Assembly: GCA_963828195.1 (NCBI GenBank)
Contig: CAWHDT010000003.1
Span: 320,001-384,000 of the forward strand
Length of the DNA: 64,000 nt
Direction: 5' to 3'
Origin: Candidatus Bathyarchaeota archaeon
GTDB lineage: Archaea > Thermoproteota > Bathyarchaeia > Bathyarchaeales > Bathycorpusculaceae
How positions within the stretch are numbered: position 1 is the stretch's first letter; every line of letters begins with the position of its first letter. Made by a program: the position numbers and the translations under genes. This document shows, one piece after another, positions 30,401-40,257 of this stretch. Below the pieces are notes generated by a model. That model did no database searches. It was not told the origin of the DNA and saw only the letters and a list, made by a program, of their open reading frames with translations.

Positions 30401-32154
30401 ATCAGTACCAAGTTACCGTGACAGCTAGCCCCAGCGGAGCAATCGGTGGAACATTTTTGGTTACCTATACAATGAGTGGAACCACACATACAAACGAGCA
30501 ACATACTACGCCTTGGACTCAATGGATAGATGCTTCTAAAACGGTTACTTTAAGCAGTCCTCAAAGTTCCTTCAGCGGCTACACATTCGGCAGTTACACA
30601 AGTAACCCAGTTACGGTTAACTCGGCTCAAACAATAAGCTTGATGTATTATGGACCTTTAGATCACTTCGCCTTTAACACTATCACCACTCCTCAAACTG
30701 CCGGTACAACTTTCAGCATAACGATTACAGCTATGGACGCCTATGGCAACGTCGTTGCGAATTATGCTGGATCCAACTCTTTGAGTGTTTCAACAGGAAC
30801 TATTAACCCAACTACCACTGGCACCTTTTCGAGTGGTGTTTGGACTGGTTCCGTTACGGTGACTGGAGCAGGTTCAGGAGTCACGATCTCAACGTCTGGT
30901 TCCAGCAAGTCAGGAACAAGCGGCAGCTTCACAGTCAATCCTGGAGCTCTTGACCACTTCGCATTCACAAGCATCAGCAGTCCCCAAACCGCCGGCACAG
31001 CAATCACAGGCATCACAATTACAGCAATGGACGCAAATAACAACATCGTCACAAGCTACGCAAGCTCAACAAGCATAACTGAAACTAACGGCGGTTCAGG
31101 AGGAACTGTTAGCCCCGCCTCGGTGACCTTCAGCGGCGGTCAGTGGTCTGGCTCTTTAACGTTAACTGCATCCGGTACGGGCGCAACAATAACTGCTTCA
31201 GGTGGCGGCAAAACTGGAACAAGCAGCTCTTTCACGGTTAACTCTGGTCCACTTGACCACTTTATCTTCAACACCATAGCTAGCCCCCAGACGGTCAATT
31301 CAGCCTTCAGCATAACCATAAAGGCGGTTGACGTAAACTTAAACACAGTCACAAGCTACACAAGCACCAACACTCTATCTGCCTCCGTTGGAACCATTAG
31401 CCCGGCCACTACGACGGCTTTCGCAGCGGGCGTCTGGACAGGTTCAGTAACTCTTAACACCGTAGGCAGCAGCGTTTCCATAAGCACATCTGACGGCACC
31501 CAAACTGGAACAAGCAACACTTTCACAGTAAGCACTGCACCGCCGGCATTAGATGGCGAGGCATCAACAAACACTATAAGTAGTGGTATTATGACAATAA
31601 GTCTCAAAACCACCAAAGCTAATGATGTGTTATACCTCTCGTTCGTTGGAGGCGGCAGCACAGACATAAACTACATCAATTCCACTGGCACTTCAGCGTG
31701 GACTCAAAGAGGATACGTACAAACTGAAGACTCAACCCATCACTTATCCACATGGTATGCGACATGGACCTCAAGCGGAACAATAACAATCACAATCACC
31801 CTGAAAGGAACCAACACTCATTGTGCGGCAGTTGTATTTGGAATTAACGGAGCCAACATGACTGCCCCGTTTGATGGCAATGCAACAACAAATTACGGCA
31901 ACTCTGCAACAGCCAGCGTCGGCATAACTACGACCCACTCAAATGACCTTATCATCGGGTCTTTAGGAATTGGTATAACAACAGCACCTACAAACGGGAG
32001 CGGTTACACTTCCATCGCAACTGAATCTGTGTCCAGCAGCCGTGAAACATCAGATGAATATTGTATAGCATCAGCAACAGGAACGTACACTCCAACCTAC
32101 ACCTTCAGCTCAAATCCCTGGGGTATAATTGCAGATGCAATAAAATCCTCGTAA
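27427..32154 (+). CDS. Giant pilin-adhesin (1575 aa) with class III signal peptide and Ig-like repeats
   Basis: MDNKG|QFTIIAALLVAIVL; tandem Ig-like modules; very Ser/Thr/Asn-rich. Confidence 0.88.
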   Translation: MDNKGQFTIIAALLVAIVLAGTLIAVYATIRYDSSQSQTPQTLTSTDETNSAILKALGFTVGYYGSILQVTGNQTYALGQSKTYMESALQYIENMNPSLGESINMTSLNLGTTWFSNPSISTGTLSVVYNLADLGIYGVNYTTSCSLGVQIFNSPNSNQVCLNVTQDLNEPLTSLGQQNFDFYFYNYTASDWQLINSNSNPTIFTNGTYLINIPSEVTSSSFMVQVTDSRGIMVEASSFNSYNINFGFSSQSSSAPTLVELLQNGTMLWSGQDLLNTTQAQPIPPVPVMALNLCQNGATSDIPFQVEDWASGYMIPLGLSSNYTIFSSDQMLVFEVSPSMSQLTLWWNGSDTAVQSSAAYVDTCFTVGSSTIPSLSNGNMTLQFSYPEDSAGDSIFQVTSNVNGVTSTTNFMRINRDNSTYGSGSPAFIIEYGVVRDIVQEEGEWGNEGPTNCSDVYSQIALTFPANATYFTYQLRLIFVNASTAPTASNISDISLIRLTTSATQPQQAITENGITNGILNVTLGPGIFNDSTGNSHDWSELINSASQGAGIMFTDSENQQLYAFDNLANNEPTGAINITGSIIELDPVTCFAPVLNFNSALDLTWYGDVATFNGVNPIYNSSGNSGIWPLVAQPPSVTINPQSAASTSITISPSIGSGNNNVVVSGGGFIPDSQITITVNGNTTTTIKATAYGEIPLGTTVFISATAPGGYTIAATDTSSDSASANYIIPPVETINFQVSGIGSDAGSSTILTIDSVNYTYSTLPAQFSWPAESTHTITASGVVAAGAGKQYVWASWIDGGAQTHTYIVPSANTTVTASFGTQWQVTFSSPGLDASTASGTVLTVNGTNVAYSGLPYNVWVNNDDGLVYTYNASVSSTTAGKQFILGSVSPVSPLVGITSALAVTGSYTTQYQLTLTSNFGTTIPAGGSTWYNAGSTVTISATAPNAGAGEQYSWNGWAGTGSGSYTGTNNPAANAVTMNAAVTEAASWIHQYQVTVTASPSGAIGGTFLVTYTMSGTTHTNEQHTTPWTQWIDASKTVTLSSPQSSFSGYTFGSYTSNPVTVNSAQTISLMYYGPLDHFAFNTITTPQTAGTTFSITITAMDAYGNVVANYAGSNSLSVSTGTINPTTTGTFSSGVWTGSVTVTGAGSGVTISTSGSSKSGTSGSFTVNPGALDHFAFTSISSPQTAGTAITGITITAMDANNNIVTSYASSTSITETNGGSGGTVSPASVTFSGGQWSGSLTLTASGTGATITASGGGKTGTSSSFTVNSGPLDHFIFNTIASPQTVNSAFSITIKAVDVNLNTVTSYTSTNTLSASVGTISPATTTAFAAGVWTGSVTLNTVGSSVSISTSDGTQTGTSNTFTVSTAPPALDGEASTNTISSGIMTISLKTTKANDVLYLSFVGGGSTDINYINSTGTSAWTQRGYVQTEDSTHHLSTWYATWTSSGTITITITLKGTNTHCAAVVFGINGANMTAPFDGNATTNYGNSATASVGITTTHSNDLIIGSLGIGITTAPTNGSGYTSIATESVSSSRETSDEYCIASATGTYTPTYTFSSNPWGIIADAIKSS
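30652..31536 (+). repeat. Three tandem ~97-101 aa Ig-like repeats within the adhesin
   Basis: Units start at 30652, 30943 and 31246: G[PA]LDHF.F..I..PQT....ITI.A.D...N.V..Y.....G.W.GS.T....GTS..FTV. Confidence 0.9.
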
Positions 32155-32251
32155 CACAAAACTAAGGAACACTCATATGAAAAAAATAAAATGGTTGCCC
32201 TCAAAAAACTCTCAGAATTCAAGTTGGACAAACGCTAGGTAGGAAGATAGA

Positions 32252-33208
32252 ATGAAAAATCAAAAAATAATAAAATTAGTGACTTGCCTCGTACTCGTCG
32301 CGTTAGTTTCGGCAATTTTTACCTTTACTCCGCAGGCTAAAGCAGATTCTGAGGGAGTCTATATTTGGATTGACCCGAGTCAAGGTTGCGGAAGCGTTAC
32401 TCAAAATTTAGTAAATAACTATACTACTTTCAATTTGACTGTTGACATTTCAAACGCCACAAATCAAAATGACAATTGCAAGATAAGATTGTCCACAGAT
32501 TCCTCAGAAAGCGTGGCAATTTACTGGGAGACCGACACTATCGACGCTCAATCAACATATTTCGCTCAAACCCTATCAGTATGTAATGCCACGGACACCA
32601 CTGAAATAGATTGCAACACAACAACGTTTGCGCCGAATCTGGTTTGGGATGGAAACACGATATATTGGTACGGTAATGATTCTAACTTGTTGCTGGGAAG
32701 CATGGATACTTCTGCTTATTTTTCAAACGTGTCTATGACTTTCATAGATGCAACTATGTCATTTGATTCTGGAAGCGTCAACATAAATATCGAAACTATG
32801 AGCGCGCCGACGCCAACTCCATCTCCATCGCCAACGCCTTCTCCAACTCCAACATCAACGCCGACTCCGACCTCCACTCCAGCCCCAACCGCAACACCAA
32901 CGCCCACACCCTCACCAACACCCACTCTGATCCCTACATCAACCCCTACTCCAACATCGTCATCAACACCCACATCTTCCCCAAATCCAACACCAACTGC
33001 GTCCCCGGGCCCATTACCATCGCCAACGCCGACCCCTGTACCAACAACTCAAACTGACCTCACGGTTCCAGAATTCCCTGCTCAATTGCTAACAATTACC
33101 TTAGTTGCGTCTATGATTATCGTCTTGTCTGCGGTTATTGTTGCAAAGAAAAAAATACTTGAAAAATCCCGCGGATCACAAACAATCGCCAACTCCGTCA
33201 GCGCTTAA
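32252..33208 (+). CDS. Secreted surface protein with Pro/Thr linker and PEF-CTERM-like sorting signal
   Basis: Sec signal (AKA|DS), PT/PS repeat stalk, VPEFP + TM + KKK. Confidence 0.85.
   Translation: MKNQKIIKLVTCLVLVALVSAIFTFTPQAKADSEGVYIWIDPSQGCGSVTQNLVNNYTTFNLTVDISNATNQNDNCKIRLSTDSSESVAIYWETDTIDAQSTYFAQTLSVCNATDTTEIDCNTTTFAPNLVWDGNTIYWYGNDSNLLLGSMDTSAYFSNVSMTFIDATMSFDSGSVNINIETMSAPTPTPSPSPTPSPTPTSTPTPTSTPAPTATPTPTPSPTPTLIPTSTPTPTSSSTPTSSPNPTPTASPGPLPSPTPTPVPTTQTDLTVPEFPAQLLTITLVASMIIVLSAVIVAKKKILEKSRGSQTIANSVSA
32802..33050 (+). repeat. Low-complexity Pro-Thr/Ser coding repeat
   Basis: Encodes (PT/PS)n for about 80 aa. Confidence 0.85.
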
Positions 33209-33488
33209 ACCCTTTTTCGCTCCAAACTTCATCTAAGGAAACGAAGCATGACAACCACGATAATTTTATAGTGGAAAACTCTTTTCTCTGTATTGATACT
33301 TATTTTTGATAAGTATTTGCTATTCATATTCAATAAATAGTAATAGGGCGTTTTTATCGAGTGGAAAGGTGAAGACAAGTCAAGATAAAGTCAGCAGGTA
33401 GCATCCTTTTCTTATGTTCAGTTCAGGCAATTACGCCACATTTTATTAGTGCGATGGGCAATCATAAGAAAAACAATAAGGGATTACA

Positions 33489-34304
33489 TTGAACTTCCAA
33501 GCAGTTCTCATTGCGGCGCAAGTGGTGGTTTCAGCAGCTTTGCTTACTTATGCCTCATGGAGTGACTACAAAACTCGCGAAGTAAGCAACCGAGTCTGGG
33601 CGGTCTATGCACCTATAGCAATCGTGCTTTCCCTCGCAGAGTTTTTGCTCTATGATCCCTCAAAACTTGCTCTATTCGGCATCAGCGCAGGATTTACCGT
33701 CGGGTTAGCGTTTCTTTTGTTTTATTCTGGTGCATTTGGCGGCGCGGACTCAAAAGCACTCATGTGCATCGCCTTCGCCATGCCTTTCGCCCCGATAACA
33801 CTATTTACACCCATCTTAGCCGGCGGGTTATCCCCAATCTCACAGGTCATATTTCCATTAACTATATTCAGCAACGCCGTTCTTTTCGCAGCAGCAAGCG
33901 GCATCTACATGATACTGCGCAATTTGGTTTGGCACAAAAAAAACGGAAGAAAAATGTTTACGGGAACACTTGCAAATGAATCTCTGTGGAAAAAAATAGT
34001 TATACTGATAACAGGTTACAAGGTGACGGTTGCAAAATTAAGGGAGAAATGGCATGTTTTTCCTATGGAAGATGTAGATGAAGGCGAGAACACGTTACAG
34101 AGAAAGCTAGTTGTTATTCCAAGTGATGAGGGACGCGATAAAATTGTGGAACGCTTGTCTAACGCCGTTCAAGGAGGAAAAATCGATACTTACGTTTGGG
34201 CGACTCCGGGTTTACCCATGCTCATATTCATAACTTTAGGATTAATTGTAGCCTTATTAGGTGGAGATCTGGTTTGGTTGCTAGTCAGATTTATCCTTCG
34301 ATGA
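33489..34304 (+). CDS. Prepilin/prearchaellin peptidase (A24, PibD/FlaK-like)
   Basis: SWSDYKTREV, FGGADSKAL, VWATPGLPML. Confidence 0.93.
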   Translation: MNFQAVLIAAQVVVSAALLTYASWSDYKTREVSNRVWAVYAPIAIVLSLAEFLLYDPSKLALFGISAGFTVGLAFLLFYSGAFGGADSKALMCIAFAMPFAPITLFTPILAGGLSPISQVIFPLTIFSNAVLFAAASGIYMILRNLVWHKKNGRKMFTGTLANESLWKKIVILITGYKVTVAKLREKWHVFPMEDVDEGENTLQRKLVVIPSDEGRDKIVERLSNAVQGGKIDTYVWATPGLPMLIFITLGLIVALLGGDLVWLLVRFILR

Positions 34305-34535
34305 AAAATCAAAATCTTCACTAAACATGTTTTTGCCACGTTTTGAGTATGAAACAGATGCGGTTACAGTGAGGACTGACCCAAAACTTACCAATACAAG
34401 AGCGTAGCCGTGATATGGATATGTCCAGTTTAGATTAAAATTTGAGCCGCCTGCCTGATAAGAATAAAAGAAGACGCCTATTGCGAACAACAATAGCGCA
34501 AGCGACAGCAAACAAACTTCCGTTTTGAACTTCAT
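34281..34535 (-). CDS. Small two-TM membrane protein
   Basis: 84 aa, two hydrophobic helices, GGAGGAG upstream. Confidence 0.7.
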   Translation of the reverse strand: MKFKTEVCLLSLALLLFAIGVFFYSYQAGGSNFNLNWTYPYHGYALVLVSFGSVLTVTASVSYSKRGKNMFSEDFDFSSKDKSD

Positions 34536-34622
34536 ACCCCTATACTCCTCCGTATTCCCAAGACTCTATCTTAATCAAAAGGTATTTTAGCTTTTTGGAA
34601 ATACACCTACTAGAGCATTCTG

Positions 34623-35711
34623 ATGTACGATAATGAATGCAGAAAAGAACTGCTAAGCCTTCTGAGCGAAAAACCGAAAGATTGCAGAGTCGTCGTTCTA
34701 CCTGATTTCTTTCTTGACAGACTCATTAATTTGAATTGGAGCCCCTTAGAGTTTTCATCACTGATTTCAGATGTTGCCAATCGGAAGGGCGGCAGTATCG
34801 ACGGGATCCCTCAGACTGACATGCGAGGCGGAAACGCCATCAACGTAGCGTCAGCTTTAGCCAGATTGGGCGCTAAGATAACTCCAATCGTTTGTACGAG
34901 CGAATATGGCTTGCAACAAATAAAATACTACTTCAGGGACGCTCCAGTAGATACAACGCATATTAAAATTCGGAAAAAAGCCTCAGTTACAACCGCTTTA
35001 GAGTTCAAAAACAAAGAAGAGAAAACAAACGTTATGATACGCGACTTGGGGTCGCTGGCAGATTTTGGTCCCGAAGATTTGGATGAAGATGATTACTCGT
35101 TAATTGAGGATGCCGATTATACGTGCCTTTTCAATTGGGCGGGCACATTAAAATTTGGGACCCCGCTTGCCCAAGCCGTTTTCAGCACGGCAAAAAAGAA
35201 ACGCAAAGGCAAAACTTACTTTGATACAGCAGATCCTACGCCAAATCAGCTGGCAATCCCTCAATTGATGGAAACAGTTTTAAAATCCAACCAGTTGGAT
35301 ATTTTGAGCCTAAATGAGAATGAGGCAATTATGTACGCGTCATTGTTGGACAAGACTTTGTACGATAGGAAAAGCGATTTAGATTTCACTGAGTTGGCGA
35401 TGGAGGCAGCACGAGTGCTGGCAAAGCATTTTCGATCTAGAATTGACTTGCATACCACGGCTTTTTCAGCGACCTTAAAGGACAAAACTGAGACGACGGT
35501 TCCTGCCTTTAATGTTAAAGTTTTGCGTGCGACTGGAGCTGGTGATGCTTGGACGGCAGGAAACATCTTGGGCGATAGAAATGGTCTTTCAGACAAATGC
35601 CGTTTAGCGTTAGCGAACGCCGTTGCAGCTTGTTACCTTTCGGGCCCAGCGGGTCTCCATCCTTCAAGGCGTGAGCTAACCACATTCATTGAGCGCAGAT
35701 TAAAAGAATAA
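34623..35711 (+). CDS. PfkB-family carbohydrate kinase
   Basis: GGNAINVA, NENEA, ATGAGDAW anion hole. Confidence 0.9.
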   Translation: MYDNECRKELLSLLSEKPKDCRVVVLPDFFLDRLINLNWSPLEFSSLISDVANRKGGSIDGIPQTDMRGGNAINVASALARLGAKITPIVCTSEYGLQQIKYYFRDAPVDTTHIKIRKKASVTTALEFKNKEEKTNVMIRDLGSLADFGPEDLDEDDYSLIEDADYTCLFNWAGTLKFGTPLAQAVFSTAKKKRKGKTYFDTADPTPNQLAIPQLMETVLKSNQLDILSLNENEAIMYASLLDKTLYDRKSDLDFTELAMEAARVLAKHFRSRIDLHTTAFSATLKDKTETTVPAFNVKVLRATGAGDAWTAGNILGDRNGLSDKCRLALANAVAACYLSGPAGLHPSRRELTTFIERRLKE

Positions 35712-35773
35712 TCTGTTTGCTTAGGCGACTGTACTTTTTCGTTTATTTATTGAGTCTATTTTTTAAGTTATGG

Positions 35774-36487
35774 TTAAACAATGCTGAGTAACTCGTTGAG
35801 TCGCTGAATTGTGAAGTCTGGTTTAATTTTTCTTTTTCCTTTTTCATTTAATCTGCGTCTATCCATCAGCACCGTCACCATTCCACATTGATTTCCGCCT
35901 AAAATGTCTCGTTCCAAATTGTCGCCTACCACAACGGTTTCTGATGGGTCAGTTTTAAGTTGAACTGAGGCTTCTTTAAAGATTTTAGGGTCAGGTTTTT
36001 CCACGCCAACTTCTTCCGAAACAACAATTACGTCGAAGAATTCTCTAATTGCGAGTCTTAAAAGTATCTCATAGGTTGTGTCTGTCGATCCGTCTGTTAT
36101 GACTCCAAGTTTGTAACCCTTGGCTTTCAGAGCTGACAACGTTTGAATAACAGTTGAAGACGGCAAAATAATAGAAATTATGAAGTCGCGGTAAATGATG
36201 TGGGCGCTTTTTATGACCATCGGATCTGCTTTGATGCTTAACTCTTCAAAAAATTTTGAAAAGAAAAAATCATTTAAAAATAATCTGTCGGCATGTGGCT
36301 TAGCATATTTTTGGATTACTTTCTCAAAAAGCCTGTCAGCTTCATCAACATCCTTTATCGGTATGTTCTGGTCAATCAGTTTTTCAATCGTCATTCTGCG
36401 GGCGAAACACGTGTAGCTTGTAAGATCAAACAAAGTGTCCCCTAAATCGAACAGAATCGCCGAGATTTTAGTTTCTTGCTTTTTCAT
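35774..36487 (-). CDS. HAD-superfamily hydrolase
   Basis: FDLGDTL, ITDG, KPDPKIF, VGDNLERDI. Confidence 0.92.
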   Translation of the reverse strand: MKKQETKISAILFDLGDTLFDLTSYTCFARRMTIEKLIDQNIPIKDVDEADRLFEKVIQKYAKPHADRLFLNDFFFSKFFEELSIKADPMVIKSAHIIYRDFIISIILPSSTVIQTLSALKAKGYKLGVITDGSTDTTYEILLRLAIREFFDVIVVSEEVGVEKPDPKIFKEASVQLKTDPSETVVVGDNLERDILGGNQCGMVTVLMDRRRLNEKGKRKIKPDFTIQRLNELLSIV

Positions 36488-37188
36488 ATTTTCTCAACTT
36501 TTTTGTGTAATTCGATGAATTCTGAAAGTTTTTGGCAAAGTAAGTCTTTATGCCAATACATCGCTGTTTTTTGGAACGACATGCTTCCTTCAATTTCGGC
36601 TTTTGCTTTTTTCCAAAAGAGAACTGAGAAGACCGCTGCTAACAAAATCTGTGCTAGATCAAGGTTTGAGTTCGGTTTATAAGATAGGAAATGGGAAAAG
36701 CTTGGACTTGAAATGGAAAGCGCAAGAAATAAAATATATCCAAGAAGTACAATGCTGCAGTTTGCGTACAGATAAAAAGTAGACGCATAAATTCTTTGTC
36801 GTTCCCTTACGGGCTCAGAAACCTCAGAGTAGGAAAAATTGCCCCAGAAATCGGCATAAAACTTGTTGGGTTTTAACGAGTTAAGGTTTGGATATTTATC
36901 CTTTTGAGCATTTGCGATTTTCAGCATCGTCTCGATTTTTTCATCTTCATTTATCGTCAGCATGCTGGCAAGTTTTGGCTTGAAAACAGGTATTTTCTTT
37001 TCTAGTCGCATTCCATATAGAGCTATGCCTAATCCTACTCCGCCGACTAATGCTAAAGCGATTCCTGTGTTGCCGGCAAATATTGAGGGATATAATGTGT
37101 ACACTAAGAAAAGTGCGAAATAGCCAGGGATCACTATTCTAAATGTTTCGTTAATGCTTTCTTGTCCAAGGCTTGGTAACTGCGCCAT
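36484..37188 (-). CDS. Four-TM hypothetical membrane protein
   Basis: 234 aa with two TM hairpins separated by a soluble domain; stop overlaps the HAD start. Confidence 0.75.
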   Translation of the reverse strand: MAQLPSLGQESINETFRIVIPGYFALFLVYTLYPSIFAGNTGIALALVGGVGLGIALYGMRLEKKIPVFKPKLASMLTINEDEKIETMLKIANAQKDKYPNLNSLKPNKFYADFWGNFSYSEVSEPVRERQRIYASTFYLYANCSIVLLGYILFLALSISSPSFSHFLSYKPNSNLDLAQILLAAVFSVLFWKKAKAEIEGSMSFQKTAMYWHKDLLCQKLSEFIELHKKVEKI

Positions 37189-37341
37189 ATTGTTTATTTT
37201 ACTGCGAATCTAGAATAAAAATTGCGTGCTTGCCTCGGAATTGCAACGACCAAATTTTTGGCAATCCAGTTAAGGGTCTGTTTGAAATATTTAATATCGA
37301 ATAGTTTATTTTAACGCTAACTTCAATATTAGAGTAAACAT

Positions 37342-38727
37342 TTGGAGGACACCAAACTGACCAATTCAGTTGCATCAGACTTAGACAACATTTTCAGAGC
37401 CTACGATATAAGAGGAATTTTCGGCAAAAACCTCACTCAAGAAACAGCATCCGTCTTCGGATTAGCTTTCTCCACTTTTATGGGGGAAGGAACTGAGGTT
37501 GCCGTCGGACGCGATATCCGACTAAGCGGCGACGCTCTCAAGGAGGCACTGCTGTCAGGGTTGCTCTCCAAATGCGACGTCACCGATGTCGGAGTAGTTT
37601 CAACGCCCATGCTATATTTTGCAACAAACCATCTGAAGAAGAAATCAGGAATAATGATAACTGCCTCTCATAACCCGCCTGAATGGAACGGATTTAAACT
37701 CTTCAAGCAAAATGGATGCGTCCACGGGGAAGAAATGTATCAAATAAAACAGATAGCAAAAAACTCGCCAACTAAACCGACTGCACAAATGGGAAAAGCG
37801 AAACAATATCCTGGGATTTTTCAGGACTATACCCATTTTGTATTTGAAAAAATCAAAATTAAGAGAAAACTAAACGTGGTTGTTGACACGGGCAACGGGG
37901 TCTGCGGGTTATTTGTTCCATCTCTCTTCAAACAGGGTGGATGCAGTGTTCTAACTTTAAACGAAAAACCAGACGGAAGATTTCCAGCGCACCGTCCTGA
38001 ACCAACCGAAGAAACATTGGGGGAACTGGAGCAAAAAGTGCTGGAGACCCAAGCTGATTTTGGAGTAGGCTACGATGGAGATGGTGACAGAGCAGTTTTT
38101 GTTGACAATAAAGGCCGTCTGATTCCAGGTGATCTGACTCTGATGATATTTGCCAAGAATGTTCTTCAAAAAAATAAGGGTGCCTCAATAGTTTACGAGT
38201 TAAGCTGCTCCATGGCTGTCGAGGAATTCGTAAGAAAATACGGCGGAAACCCAATAGTTGAACGGGTTGGTCACACGTATATTATGGATCGGATGCTCTC
38301 CGAAAAGGCTTCGCTGGGCGGAGAAAAAAGCAGCCACTTTTATTTTTCCGAGACCAACGGCGGAGACGACGCAATTTTTGCAAGCTTGAAAATGGCCGAA
38401 ATTTTATCCAGCACAACAGAAACCCTTTCAGATATCTTTGATTCTTTGCCGAAATACCCGTCGATATTTGAAGAAAACTTTAAGGTTTCTGACGAACAAA
38501 AATTCGCCTTGATTGAAAAATTGAAAATCAACTTTAAGAAGTATTCGCTGAAGACTCTTGAGGCGGACGGAGTGAAACTGCTGTACGAAGACGGATGGGT
38601 TCTTTTGAGGGCATCTAACACTGAACCAATCATCAGGGTCTCTGCTGAAGCAAGGACTAAAAAAAGACTTGACGAAATCTATACGTTTGCGGTAAACGAG
38701 CTAAAACAGGCAATGAAGGAGAGCTAA
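37342..38727 (+). CDS. Phosphomannomutase/phosphoglucomutase
   Basis: FRAYDIRG, ITASHNP, DGDGDR, GEKSSH, RASNTEP. Confidence 0.95.
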   Translation: MEDTKLTNSVASDLDNIFRAYDIRGIFGKNLTQETASVFGLAFSTFMGEGTEVAVGRDIRLSGDALKEALLSGLLSKCDVTDVGVVSTPMLYFATNHLKKKSGIMITASHNPPEWNGFKLFKQNGCVHGEEMYQIKQIAKNSPTKPTAQMGKAKQYPGIFQDYTHFVFEKIKIKRKLNVVVDTGNGVCGLFVPSLFKQGGCSVLTLNEKPDGRFPAHRPEPTEETLGELEQKVLETQADFGVGYDGDGDRAVFVDNKGRLIPGDLTLMIFAKNVLQKNKGASIVYELSCSMAVEEFVRKYGGNPIVERVGHTYIMDRMLSEKASLGGEKSSHFYFSETNGGDDAIFASLKMAEILSSTTETLSDIFDSLPKYPSIFEENFKVSDEQKFALIEKLKINFKKYSLKTLEADGVKLLYEDGWVLLRASNTEPIIRVSAEARTKKRLDEIYTFAVNELKQAMKES

Positions 38728-40044
38728 ATGCAGGCTGTATTGCTGGCTGGTGGCGCGGGAAAAAGGGTTTTTCCTTTATCGGCAAATAAGCCGAAACCAA
38801 TGTTCAAGATCGTTGGAAAACCACTTATCGAACATGTTATCGAAAGAATGAAGACAGCTGGACTAACCGACTTCGTCGTTATTGTTGGACCTAATGGAGC
38901 GCAAATTAAAGAGTTTTTAGGAGACGGCGGCGCCCTTGGTGTCCACATCTCTTACGGTTTTCAAAAAGAACCTTTGGGCATGGCAAACGCGCTTGAATCT
39001 GCCAAAGAACTGCTTGAAGACAACTTTTTTGTTGTCAACGCCGACGACATTTTCGAAAACGCGCTCATAAAACAGATGTTTGAAACATTCAGGAAAAGTG
39101 ATGCAGAAATCTTGCTTTCATGCCAGCCAGTCAAAGAAACTTGGAAGTTCGGGATAATCAAAAAGGAAAATGACAAAGTCACATGTCTTGTTGAGAAACC
39201 GCCGAAGGGTCAAGAACCAAGCAACCTTGCGGTCATAGGCGTTTACCTGATGACGAAAAAAATCTTAAGTTACTATGGGAAAGTGGGGGTTTCTGACCAC
39301 CAGTACGAAGATGCAATTCAAGCTTTCATAGAAGACAAAAATGTTGTGAAGGCAGTTAGCTACGACGGATTCTTTGCGGGCTACAAGTATCCATGGGATC
39401 TTTTCGCGATAAATCAACATTTAATGAATGAACTCATAACAAAACAAACCGTGGAGAAAGACGTGGAAATTTCAGAGCGCGCTGAGGTTGATGGAAACGT
39501 CTGGGTAAGAAAAAACACCAAAATAATGCCGGGCGCCGTCATAAAAGGACCTGCCTACATTGGACCAAACAGCATCATCGGAAATAACAGTTTAATAAGA
39601 AACTGCTCATCCATCGGCGCTAATTGTGTAGTGGGGTTTTCCAGCGAAATCAAGCGTTCGCTGATAGGTGACAACTGCTTTTTCCACATGAACTTCATCG
39701 GGGATTCAATAATATCTGACGGCTGCCTGTTCGGAGCGGGATGCATAACAGCCAACTTCCGATTTGACGAACAAGCAGTCAGTTTAACTGTTGACGCCAA
39801 AAAGGTCTCTTCTGGAGACAACAAAATAGGCGCCATCGTGGGCGAGAACAGTAAAGCAGGCGTTAACTCAACCCTTGGACCAGGCGTCAAAATTGGCCCC
39901 CAAAGCATCGTTGGACCAGGAGTTTTTCTTCAAAAAGACCTTGCGCCCGGCACGGCCATCTTTTTGAAAAGCGAAAACTATGTTTCCCAAGCGAATAGGC
40001 TGTCTTGTTCGGAAGATAAAAAAGCAAACGATAAGCATCAATGA
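38728..40044 (+). CDS. Bifunctional sugar-1-phosphate nucleotidyltransferase/acetyltransferase (archaeal GlmU-like)
   Basis: LAGGAGKR...KPKP, EKP, YPWDL, C-terminal hexapeptide repeats with ANFRFD. Confidence 0.9.
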   Translation: MQAVLLAGGAGKRVFPLSANKPKPMFKIVGKPLIEHVIERMKTAGLTDFVVIVGPNGAQIKEFLGDGGALGVHISYGFQKEPLGMANALESAKELLEDNFFVVNADDIFENALIKQMFETFRKSDAEILLSCQPVKETWKFGIIKKENDKVTCLVEKPPKGQEPSNLAVIGVYLMTKKILSYYGKVGVSDHQYEDAIQAFIEDKNVVKAVSYDGFFAGYKYPWDLFAINQHLMNELITKQTVEKDVEISERAEVDGNVWVRKNTKIMPGAVIKGPAYIGPNSIIGNNSLIRNCSSIGANCVVGFSSEIKRSLIGDNCFFHMNFIGDSIISDGCLFGAGCITANFRFDEQAVSLTVDAKKVSSGDNKIGAIVGENSKAGVNSTLGPGVKIGPQSIVGPGVFLQKDLAPGTAIFLKSENYVSQANRLSCSEDKKANDKHQ

Positions 40045-40217
40045 TCCCGCAGCTTCCCCAACTCTTTGTCTCTCTTCACAGCTTCCACTTGGTTCACTAT
40101 TTGAACCCGATGAGTCTGCGTGAAAACCTGCGATAAGCCCAACAAATAAGCATCTTGGCTTAAATGCTCTGTTACCACGATCGGTTTGTTATATTACTGC
40201 TTAGATGATTTTGGAAG

Positions 40218-40257
40218 AAGAAGAAGAAAAATTGTTTTTCTAGGCTTCTTCTTCTTT
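40218..40257 (+). repeat. 40-bp palindromic element, allele A, copy 2
   Basis: AAGAAGAAGAAAAATTG-TTTTTCTA-GGCTTCTTCTTCTTT. Confidence 0.9.

Noticed and set aside
32716-32973. GV-repeat minus-strand ORF
   Set aside because: Antisense of the Pro/Thr linker.
40039-40190. Open minus-strand frame NKPIVVTEHLSQDAY...LRDH*
   Set aside because: About 50 codons with no convincing start or motif; may be a remnant but cannot be supported.
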